This document shows positions 22,174 to 32,712 of a stretch of 64,000 nt of DNA, piece by piece. The stretch lies in contig OZ251249.1 of assembly GCA_965240325.2 (NCBI GenBank), positions 1,025,460 through 1,089,459 of the forward strand, written 5' to 3'. A program made the translations under genes and the position numbers. Source of the stretch: Rebecca billardiae RCC1528. Taxonomy: Eukaryota > Protista > Haptophyta. Within the stretch, counting starts at the first letter, position 1. Each line of letters starts with the position of its first letter. The notes under the pieces were generated by a model, which saw only the letters and a program-made list of their open reading frames with translations, had not been told where the DNA came from and made no database searches.

Positions 22174-23462
22174 CCACCCGTTCCAGAAAGGCGATTCGTT
22201 CGGACATGGTCCGGGAGCTGATACGGTCGTGACACGACCGTATCAGCGCCCGGACCACAGTGGGAGCACGCGGGGGGCCGCGGCAGTTGAGAAGGGGCGG
22301 GGGCGGGCGGGCGACGTCGACGTCGCGGCGATCCACGCGCTCTGCTGTCGAGGAGTTGCTGTTTGCGCCGCGCGCCGCGCTGGCGGGGCGGCCGGGACCC
22401 ACGCGCGCCTTCGAACCCCCGGCGCCCGCGTGCTCATCGGCTTCCTCCGCCTGCGAGTAGCCCACGACCGCGCCCGCCGCGCTCTTTGAGTGGGTTGACC
22501 GCGCCCGAGCCTGCTCGCCGCCGAGCGCAGGGATGAGTTGAGCACGGCGCGAGGCGGCGATCGCGATCGGGCGATCGCATGAGCCCATTTGGGCCCCATC
22601 TGCCACGGCGCGACCGCTTCAGAATGCGTATGTGACCCCACTTGTCATGGATGTCGGGTAGCGGGCGAGCACTGTTGGCCAGCGTGTCCGCGCGCGCCGC
22701 GCCTGTGCAGGGCCAGACGGGTCGGAAACACATCACAGTTGGCATCAGGACATGCTGATTACCGTGTATTGCCCAGCGTGGGCCAGCAAGGGCATGACCT
22801 TCACTGCTCTGCCAGCTCGCAACGTGCGTCAATGCTGACGGCAACTCTGGTCGCCAGAAGAACTTGCTTGAGTTCTCGTCGCGAACACGGCAGGCGTCGC
22901 ATAACTACAGATGCGGACCAATCGTGCCAGCCAGTTTGCGTAGTGCAGACATCACGAGACGCCACGGAGCGGCATCCGACCCGTATAGCCTTGCGCGAGC
23001 GCGCGCGCGCGCGCGGACATGCTGGCCGACAGTGCTCACCTGCTACCCGACATGAGACAACCATGACATGTGGGGTCACATACGCATGCTGAAGCGGTCG
23101 CGCCGTGGCAGATGGGGCCCAAATGGGCTCATGCGATCGCCCGACCGCCATCGCCGCCTCGCGCCGTGCTCAACTCATCCCTGCGCTCGGCGGCGAGCAG
23201 GCTCGGGCGCGGTCAACCCACTCAAAGAGCGCGGCGGGCGCGGTCGTGGGCTACTCGCAGGCGGAGGAAGCCGATGAGCACGCGGGCGCCGGGGGTTCGA
23301 AGGCGCGCATGGGTCCCGGCCGCCCCGCCAGCGCGGCGCGCGGCGCCCAAGTCACGTATATCTCGGGCCGCACGTCGGCCACGCGCCACTTGATCGCCAT
23401 CCTGCCGCCACGAGCCGGGTGCGGGGCGCCTGGAGGCGGAACAACACCCCGTGGACGGGTGG
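22174..23462 (+). mobile_element. ~1.29-kb CCACCCG-terminated element with internal ~330-bp inverted arms, copy 1
   Basis: The ends are CCACCCGTTCC...GGACGGGTGG. A subterminal hairpin lies at 22208-22256. Arms at ~22365-22700 and ~22995-23346 surround a ~300-bp loop. Confidence 0.75.
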
Positions 23463-23555
23463 CATGGTGTCGTTAAATCATATATAGAATGAGTACGGGT
23501 AAGTAGGTAACCAGGTTGAGAACAATGGAATTGATGAGGATGGTCCTTGAGGACC

Positions 23556-24611
23556 GAGGCCGCTCGAGCGACTTCGTGTCAGGCGAGGCAGATCGCGCCA
23601 GTGCGAGGCGAGGCAGACGCTCGCCTGCCTCGCCCAGCAGGCGAGGCAGCTAAGCTAGTAAAGCCGCGGCCGAACTTTACGAAAGCCAAATGTCTGCCGG
23701 TGCGCCGCCCGTCTTTTGCGCACGGTGACAAGGGCGCGCGAGGGCGCTTCCTCACGATCCCGAAGAGCGCTGCGCGCGGCGTCGCGTTGGCGGCGGCAGC
23801 GGCGCTGGGGTGTATCTTGCCCATTCTGCGTGGCGGTGCACGCTCATGACGCCTCGGCCGCCGCCACGCCATGCGCGACCGGGCGTGTCGCCTTCTTGAC
23901 GGGCAGTGCACACGCCCTTGCAAGCGCACAGCCGTGAAGAGCCGAGAGCGTCCGTCGCGCGCACGCCGCCCACGCGGGATGAGGTTTCAGGACTATTCGT
24001 ATGACACTGAGCGATCGCGCTCTGGCATGTGCGAGCCGTGATGACCATGGGTAGCAACTACGATGACCACTGCTCACCTGCATTTCAGCCGATGACATCC
24101 TCTCGTTCAGCGATCTTGACTGCTCTGAACGCATGGCGAACTCGGCGGAGCGCATGGGGAAGGTGGCTTCGTTGATAACACAAAGCATCCCGCGTGGGCG
24201 GCGTGCGCGCGACGGACGCTCTCGGCTCTTCACGGCTGTGCGCTTGCAAGGGCGTGTGCACTGCCCGTCAAGAAGGCGACACGCCCGGTCGCGCATGGCG
24301 TGGCGGCGGCCGAGGCGTCATGAGCGTGCACCGCCACGCAGAATGGGCAAGATACACCCCAGCGCCGCTGCCGCCGCCAACGCGACGCCGCGCGCAGCGC
24401 TCTTCGGGATCGTGAGGAAGCGCCCTCGCGCGCCCTTGTCACCGTGCGCAAAAGACGGGCGGCGCACCGGCAGACATTTGGCTTTCGTAAAGTTCGGCCG
24501 CGGCTTTACTAGCTTAGCTGCCTCGCCTGCTGGGCGAGGCAGGCGAGCGTCTGCCTCGCCTCGCACTGGCGCGATCTGCCTCGCCTGACACGAAGTCGCT
24601 CGAGCGGCCTC
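23556..24611. mobile_element. Foldback-type element: 426-bp near-perfect inverted arms, 204-bp spacer
   Basis: Arms lie at 23556-23981 and 24186-24611, and the ORF track shows identical peptides on opposite strands. The element is flanked by the direct repeat GGACC (23551-23555 and 24612-24616). Confidence 0.85.
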
Positions 24612-24632
24612 GGACCGAGGAGCCCAAGACAT

Positions 24633-25927
24633 CCACCCGTTCCACGAGGTGTTGTTCCGCCTCCAAGGCGCCCCGCACCCGGCTCGTGGCGGCAGGATGG
24701 CGATCAAGTGGCGCGTGGCCGACGTGCGGCCCGAGAGAAACGTGACTTGGGCGCCGCGCGCCGCGCTGGTGGGGTGGCCTGGACCCATGCGCGCCTTCGA
24801 ACCCCCGTCGACCGCGCGCGCATCGGCTTCCTCCGCCTGCGAGTCGCCCGCGACCGCGCCCGCCGCCCGCTTGGAGTGGGTTGACCGCGCCCGAGCCTGC
24901 TCGCCGCCGAGCGCAGGGATGAGTTGAGCGCGGCGCGAGGCGGCGATCGTGGTCGGGCGATCGCATGCGCCCATATGGGCCCCATCTGCCACGGCGCGAC
25001 CGCTTCAGCATGCGTATGTGACGCCACTTGTCATGGTTGTCTCATGTCGCGTAGCAGGTGAGCACTGTCGGCCAGCGTGTCCGCGCGCGCGCGCGCCTGA
25101 GCAGGGCCAGACGGGTCTGAAACACGTCACAGTTGGCACCAGGGCATGCTGATTGCCGTGTATTGCCCAGCGTGGGTCACCAAGGGCATGCCCTTCACTG
25201 CACTGCCAGCTCGCAACGTGCGTCAATGCTGACGGCAACTCCGGTCGAGAAGAACTTGCTTGAGTTCTCGTCGCGAACACGGCATCAGCAGACGCCACAT
25301 GACTACGGATGCGGACCACTCGTGCCACCCAGTTTGCGCAGTGCAGACATCACGAGACGCCACAGAGCGGCATCCGACCCGCAGAGCCCTGCGCGCGCGC
25401 GCGCGCGCGGACACGCTGGCCGACAGTGCTCACCTGCTACCCGACATGAGACAGCCATGACAAGTGGGGTCACATACGCATGCTGAAGCGGTCGCGCCGT
25501 GGCAGATGGGGCCCATATGGGCGCATGCGATCGCCCGACCACGATCGCCGCCTCGCGCCGCGCTCAACTCATCCCTGCGCTCGGCGGCGAGCAGGCTCGG
25601 GCGCGGTCAACCCACTCCAAGCGGGCGGCGGGCGCGGTCGCGGGCGACTCGCAGGCGGAGGAAGCCGATGCGCGCGCGGTCGCCGGGGGTTCGAAGGCGC
25701 GCATGGGTCCAGGCCACACCGCCAGCGCGGCGCGCGGCGCAAACAGCAACTCCTCGACAGCAGAGCGCGTAGACCGCCTCGACGTCGACGTCGCCCGCCC
25801 GCCCCCGCCCCTCTCAACGGCCGCGGCCCCGCGTGCGCTCACTGTGGTCCGGGAGGGGTTTAGGTCGTCCACGACCTAAACCCCTCCCGGACCGTGTCCG
25901 AACTAATCGCCTTTCTGGAACGGGTGG
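24633..25927 (-). mobile_element. ~1.29-kb CCACCCG-terminated element, copy 2 (inverted ends, same-direction loop)
   Basis: It starts with the reverse complement of the copy-1 right end and finishes with the reverse complement of the copy-1 left end. Arms lie at ~24751-25095 and ~25390-25740, with a hairpin at 25846-25893. Confidence 0.75.
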
Positions 25928-26139
25928 CTTGAACACGCTGCACTCATCTCAGTGGTCAGACAATTCATCAGTATGGGTAGTTCCGTCAATCACGCCTTAC
26001 TTTATCATAGATCGCAGGTCCTACCTGCGTCGTTAAATCATATAGAATGAGTAAACTGTACATCTATGTTTCAACGACACTTGATTTTAAGGCGTGATTG
26101 ACGCCACGACAGTACCCGCGTGGCCGTGTCGCCTTCCTT

Positions 26140-28627
26140 ATGTCGGGCTCCCGCAACCACTCCACCATGGCCCGCGCCGCGCCCGTCGTGCCGGGCGAAG
26201 AGCCTTCCGCCCACAGCGGCAGCCCTTCGCACACCGTGCAGCAAGCTTACTCGCCGGTGGTGGACGCCGCCGCTGCCAAGCTGTCGTGGTTCGGCCGCTT
26301 TGCGTCGGCCGAGCTCGAGACCGAGTTTGTGAGCGACCGCCGGCGCGATCTGGCGCGCTCGTACTTCTACGTGGTGCTCGTCGTCTTCGTCCTCTCGACC
26401 GCCCGGCTGGTCCTTGCGCTCATGAGGCCGGCCGCGTCGCCGTCCGCGCTGAGCGAGGGGCTCACGCACGGGCTGTACGCGTTCAACTTGCCGCCGCTCG
26501 TGCTCTACTTGCACGTTTGGCGCTGGCCGGAAGGCGTGGGCGCTCGCGTGCCGACCTGGGCGCTCGACGCCAGCTTCGTCGTGTGGGTCCTGTCGAAGTC
26601 CATCATCCTCGTCGTCGACCCCGTGCGGCTCGCGCTGCTCGATCCGCTCACAACCGGCCGCCCCAACCCGCCCGAGGTCGTCGAGGCGACGCTGCAGCTC
26701 TCGGGCTGGCTCTTGTACGTGCGCGTGCTCGCCCTGCTCATGACTGCCGGGCTCTTCACGCGCATGCAGCTGCCCACCTTTGCGATCACGTGCGTCACGT
26801 CGGGCCTGCTCACGATCGCGGCCGAGCTCCTTTCGCCTTCGCAGCTTGGCCGCGTGCTCCTCACGCAGGCCCCGCTCACGATCTTCTGCCTGGCGGCCGT
26901 CGTGCGCTCGACGATGCACCGCGTGCGCACCGAGCGCGCGATGTGGTCGTACCGCCGCGAGGTGGTGCGCGCCGCGCGCATGTGGGACGGGGTCAAGCTC
27001 GTCGAGCTCGAGGCGCGCGAGCGCGCGTCGCGGCTCGAGGCGGCCAAGACGGCGCGCGCGCGGCTGATCCGCGTCGTGATGCACGACCTGCGCTCGCCGC
27101 TGCTCTCCGTGCGCAACATGGTGGACACGCTCGCCGAGCTGGCGCCCGCGACGCCGCTCGCCGACGCGGGCGTGGCGCGCTCGCTCTCCGCCCTCGTCAC
27201 GTGCACATCGATGATGGAGGGCATCGTCTCGGACATGCTCGACTTTGAGCGCATCGACTCGGGCCGGCTGCAGCTCGCCGTGCGGCCGTTCGAGCTCGAG
27301 CGGATGCTGTCCGATGCGGAGGTGGCGTTCGCCACGCTCGCCGAGCGCAAGGGCCTGCGCGTCCACTTCGAGCCGCTCCCGCCCGAGCTCGCAGGCGCGC
27401 GGTACTGGGGCGACTCGCGCCGCCTCCTCCAGTGCCTCGGCAACGGGCTGTCCAACGCGGTCAAGTTCACCGAGAAGGGCGGCACGATCACGCTCAGCGC
27501 GAGCGAGGGTGCGCCGGTCGAGCCAGTGGGGTCCCCTGAGCTTGCCGGCGCCGAGGCCGGCGACGACGATGCGAGCGGCGGCACGCCCGTGCCCGCGCCC
27601 GCGGAGGCCGAGCGCACCCTCCGCATCCGCATCGTCGACTCGGGCGTGGGCCTCGCGCTCGACGAGCTGGACGTGCTCCACAAGGGCGAGGCGTTCGCGC
27701 AGGTGGGCAAAGGGCAGCTGCAGGGCAACGGCGGGACCGGGCTGGGGCTCACCATCGTGCGGCACATCCTGCGCCTCCACTCGGGCTCGCACCTCGCGCT
27801 CGCCTCCTCCGGGCCCGGGCAAGGCACGACGTTCGAGCTCGTGCTCCGGCTGCGACGCGCCGGCGGCGCGGCGGCCGACGGGCCCGAGCAGACGGCCGGC
27901 TCGATCTCTGCCGCCGGCGAGGCGGGCACGGCGCCGCCCGCGCCGCCGGCGCGCCCGCTCGCGTGCCTGCACGTCGAGGACGACCAGATGCTGCAGCTCA
28001 CGCTCGGCGCGCGCCTCTTCGCCGACCCGCAGCGCGCGATCGCCGTCGTCGCGTCGGACGGCCGCGAGGCGCTCGAGCTCGTCAACGCGCGCGCCGTCGC
28101 GGGCGAGCCGGCGTTCGACCTCGTGCTGATGGACAACCAGGTGCGCCCAGAGCGAAGCCGCAGGCGCGCCCCGAGGCCGTAGGGAGGCGTGGCCCGCGGC
28201 GCGATCGCGCGCGCCCCCAGCGCGTGCGGCGTCTCGCTGACGCGCCCACGCGCCCGCGCACCCGCACCCCGGCGCAGATGCCGCGGCTGGGCGGCACCGG
28301 CGCGACGGCGGAGCTGCGCGCGCGCGGCTTCACCGGCGTGATCGTCGGCATGACGGGTGTGCGCCCCGAAGCGCCCGGGTCCTCTGCCCGCGCACCCGCC
28401 GCGCCCGAGTGGCGCGCGTGCCCCACGCCTCCCTCCAGCTCACGCGTCTGCCGCGCGCCCTTGCGCTCGGCGGTGCGCCCTCAGGCGACCCGGCCGGCAG
28501 CCCCGACCGCGTCGAGTTTGAGGCGGCGGGCCTGAACCTCTGTGTGGACAAGACGCCCGAGGGGCTCGACGTGGTCCTTGCCGAGATGGCGCGCCTGCTC
28601 AGCGAGCCAGCGCTGACACCGCTTTGA
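26140..28627 (+). CDS. Membrane-bound hybrid sensor histidine kinase (TM-HisKA-HATPase-REC), 3 exons
   Basis: About 5 TM segments precede the H-box VMHDLRSPL, N-box GNGLSNAVKFT, DSGVG and GTGLGL. The receiver reads VEDD...LMDNQ|MP...GMTG|DP...DK. GT-AG introns at 28141-28277 and 28357-28484 keep the frame. Confidence 0.9.
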
Positions 28628-30177
28628 AGAGCGGAGGCACCCTTCTTCGTCAGACTCATCAGCGCAACTAAAGACGAAGATGGAGGCTCGTGTGAGCAGC
28701 GTCGCGGGCGCGACCCGGGCCGAGCAGCGAACGGATGCTCGAGCGCGGGCCGCGGAGCGGATTGGCGGTGGTGCCCGAAGGGATATATAGCTGCTGGTCG
28801 TGCGCTGCTCAGTCGTGGCTGCCCGACTTACAGCTACTATATATATATATATATAAACTGTGCCCTGCGGCGTCGGCGGGGCGGGGTCGGCGGGCCGTGC
28901 CAGTGCTGTCGTCGCAATGTCAGTATCCTTTAGTTTGCGCGGGTAGGTTATATTCGCGTCTTTCCACATGGCATGTGCATTCTGGCGCTCGTGCCCGAGT
29001 CACTGAGTCGTGGCCGTGGGTGACGGACAGGCGAGTGCAAGGACCAGTGAAACGCGGGAAGTTGGCTCCCCGACGTGTAGGCACACGTCTAATCCGAGTC
29101 ACTGTACTCTTAGTAGTATGCGCATCAGCGAGGCCCCGATACCCACGAGGGAATGTGCAGCACGCGGGGCGGGGCGGGTAGCCCGTTGCTCCGCGCGAGC
29201 GCGGGTACGCGCTGTATGTGCCGCATGTCGACCGCGATGGCGTAATCGAGCGCCTCGCCGCCGACGAAGCCGCCAGAGTAGATGGCATCATGAGTTTCAT
29301 CTCTCTGCGGATGGCATCACGGGCTTGTCTGTGTCGCGCTGCGGCGAGGGTCGCCAACTCGCGATGACGCAGTTGCTGCCACGGCGACAGACCCGGGAGG
29401 TGCGTCCGCTGCGCGTCGTACGCCGTTGGCGCTGCGCTTCCGTCGCATTGGTCACCGTCGACGCCATGCAGGCCGGAAGTGGGCTTCCGCTGAGGGACCG
29501 GACCGCGAGCGAGGACTGAGTCCGGTGCGCGGATTCCGGCGATCGAGTTCAGAAGGTCGCGCCAAATCTTGCGTCGCGTGCGATGGCGCTCCCGCCCGCG
29601 AGACGCCTCGTGATGAGGGCTTTCTCGCACCGAGCCCGACGCGCGACGGTGGATCGCGCGAGGCGGTCATCGTACGCAGCGCATGATGCTATGGCCGGTG
29701 CGAGCTTTCGACGTGCACGTCGGGCGAGGATCGCCCCAGGTCTCACGATCGTGTCGACGCGCCGAGCGTACCGCTCCCGCCAGGCGGGTCGATTTGGCCC
29801 CCGTTCGACCTGCACGCGAGACGACGAGGGCAGCAATCGCGAATCGGGCGAAAACTCCCCTCGGGAGTCTTCTCACGATGTCCGCGCCGGCGTTGGATTC
29901 GGCGCGCGCCGCCCATGCGCTCCGCGCCATCCAGGACTCTCTTTCGGCCGAGCGTCCCCAGTGGGAGCTGCGAGCGGGCGCCCGGTAGTGAGCGAAGCGA
30001 TTTTCTTTTCTTTGCGAGGCGATTTTCTTTTATTTCTTTTTCGTTTTCTTATCTTTTTCCCGGGCACTATAAGGGGCGGACCTACGGCCCGCCAATATAT
30101 GCTGTATAGCTAGCAGCGCAGCAGCTAGCAGCGCGCTACTTATTTATATTCGTAGTCGGCGCATGCAGCAGCCGATC

Positions 30178-32600
30178 CACCACGACGATTCCCGGGTGGG
30201 AGGGGCGGACATTTTGGAGAAGTTCGAATCGGCGGTTTCCGTCCCGATGTCTATTCACAGGAGCGGTACCGTCGGAGTAATGTAAGTACGTATTTCGCGC
30301 GGGTGCAAATCATTAGTGGCACTTGATGAAGTCGTTCCTTCAATTCCTCGAATCACCTCCGCCCGCTCTATTCACCTACCCCTCGACCTTCGCGTTCCCG
30401 GCAAGGAGCGCCCCGGCGCCCGGCGGAAGGGCCGTCCCGGCGCGAGCCGCTGCCAAAGCCTCGGTGGGCAGCCGGGGGCTGGGTCTCGGCGGACGGGTGC
30501 GAGTCGAGTCGGGGCCGCGCGGGGGCCGAACGGGCGGGGGAGAGACGCGGCGTCCATGGCGTATTCGCGTGCGCGCATGGATTGCTCGAACCGCCCGAGG
30601 TGGTGTGCGCCACATGTGCGTGCAGACGGCACGACGCCGCGCGAGAGCCAGACTGTGAGCTCGTGGTGCTCGCGCCGCACGGCGCCCGCGCTGCCCAAGC
30701 AGTGTGCGCCGGCGGAGAAGAGGAAACTAGCGTGGGTCTCAGAAGGTACGCGCGAATGCACCGAGCCCAACGCACTCATCCGCGCACGCCTCCCCTCGCC
30801 TGTGACTTTGTTCACTCCGGCGGCTCAGGCCGCAGATGCGTGCCAAGTGAGGTTGCCGTCGCTGCGCCCACATCGCAAGATCGTCTCGGTCCATCGTGCT
30901 CGCGACTACCCACTGCTTGGCCCGTGATGGTAGCGTAGACGACTGCTCGCCGGCTCTGGCACTCGCCGGGGCCATGCGACGGCCGGGTGCGGCGCGCCAC
31001 GCGGCCGAGTGGACGGCCAGGGCAGCGGCCACGCCGGTGGCCCGTGCAGCGCTCGCGCACACCGCGTGCGTGCCGCAGCGCTGCGTACGGGCACCGCTGC
31101 GCTCGCGGCTGGGCGCAGTGCAGCTAGCGGTCTGCCTTGTTCTAGCACTCGCTACACACGGCCTGCTCCCTAGACTTGATGGCATTTGAAATGGTGCTGA
31201 AAGTCGAGCGAGCGCACCGGCGTGCCGGCAGACGCTCGTTGCGGTCGGGTGATGCGCGGGCGCAAGCCGTTGGCAGCTAGAACCCAGCCGACCTCACCGA
31301 CGCTGTGCAGCTCTCGCCAGCCGATCTGGCCGCATCCCAGCACGTGCCCTTGCTCGATCGCCGTGAGAGACGCGATCGCGAAGAAATCTCAGCCGGCACC
31401 GCAGAGCGGCAAGCGGCACATAAGATAGGAGCTCGAGCTCGCGCAGCCAACACACGGGCGGTCCTCGGCAACGAGGCCGATGGCAGTGACGTCGAGCGCG
31501 CTGGCCTCGACCTGGATATCGGTCCGCTTGGCCGCGTCCACGGCTCGGTAGTGCGCCGCGACGCGCGTGAGCAGCCTCCCGAAGATCGCCGCCTGCTGCT
31601 GCTCGCGGATGTGGGGGACGGGTCCACTCGGGTTGGACGGACCACAGGATCTTGCTGTACCGCGCGACGAGGGTGGGCACAGCCTCCGCCGGCGGGCGGT
31701 ACAGCTTCGCGCTGTGCTGGATGGCAACGATGGCAACGTGGCGATATACTGATGAAGCTGCTAGCGCGGCAGCCCGCAGCAACGCTTGGATTCGACGCAC
31801 GCCAAGCGTGTCACGCCGACGCTGCGTTCGCGTGCCGCGCGCGGCGCGCGCTGCGCCCCCGCGCCTTGCTCGGGGCAGCGGGGCTCGCGCGCCGCGCCCG
31901 GAGTTGCATATTTATGCCTGCTGGCTTGGCCTCGCCCGCGCGCGTGCCACCGCCCGCGCTGTCGCGCCGTCCGGCCCAGCACGCGCGCAGGTGATGGCGA
32001 CGATCGGCCTGCCGCACAACGTCCAGTTCTACAAGTCGCAGGGCACACGGTACGATGGCTTCCGCGAGGCGTTGCTACCAGACCGCGACGTGTTCGTGCA
32101 GTACGCGACGCCGTGGGTCAGACATCCGCAGACGTGGGTGTCGGTCGGCTGCGGCACCGCGCGCGACGTCGAGTGTGTGTGTGCTCGGGCACATCAAGGC
32201 CTGCGGCGCGCGCGCGCTGCAGCCGTGCCACCGGCCGCGCGCGCGCCCGCCATGCGGGCGGTGTGGGCGGTGTGGGCGCCTGCCCTGCGCCGCGCCGCTC
32301 GCCCCGCCGCCTTCTCTCCAACCGCCGCCTGACGTTGAGGCTGCTCCCGCCCTGATCCTCCCCTCCCTCCCCGAGCCTCCTTCCTCCGCCCGGGCCGGGG
32401 CGCGGCCGATCGAGAACTGGGCAGCAGCCTTGAATGGCGGCTTGTTCAAGCCGGTGGAGGTGTGTCCTAGCAAAGGACCCGCCTCTTTAACAATCGGGTT
32501 GTTTGGGGTTCAGGCTGGGGCCTTTTAAGTGCGGGTACGGACAGTCGGTTGAGATTCTCACGAAAATGACCGCCGTCCCCATGGGGGAATCGTCGTGGTG
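30178..32600. mobile_element. CAC-terminated non-autonomous TIR element carrying gene fragments (Pack-like)
   Basis: The imperfect ~65-bp TIRs begin with a perfect 16-bp CACCACGACGATTCCC / GGGAATCGTCGTGGTG. The interior holds broken ORFs on both strands. No clear TSD. Confidence 0.65.
31991..32212 (+). pseudogene. Isolated exon resembling the methyltransferase (BtaB-like) domain of betaine lipid synthase BTA1
   Basis: FYKSQGTRYDGFREALLPDR...WVSVGCGTARDVE matches the FY..Q...YD.FR...WVD.G.GT pattern I recall for BTA1. It is preceded by a GCGCAG acceptor and shifted by a (GT)n slip. The rest of the gene is absent. Confidence 0.55.
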
Positions 32601-32712
32601 CGAGTACGTCACTGCTGCTATACGACCCGCGTGACTGGCATCGGCGGCGGCACCACCCGGCGCGCGCAGTGTCCCACGACGTGGCCGAACTCACTCGAGC
32701 ACGCGCCGCTGG

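Noticed and set aside
21400-23462. An active recombinase-driven inversion switch (tyrosine recombinase plus invertible core)
   Set aside because: The recombinase is frameshifted and interrupted. Adjacency is explained equally well by nested insertion, so it is kept only as a speculation.
26140-28627. Bacterial contamination or recent HGT for the histidine kinase
   Set aside because: It has spliceosomal introns and host-like codon usage.
28860-30110. Possible further transposon between TA-rich tracts
   Set aside because: Only a 10-bp inverted match (GGCGGGCCGT) was found, with no TSD or coding evidence.
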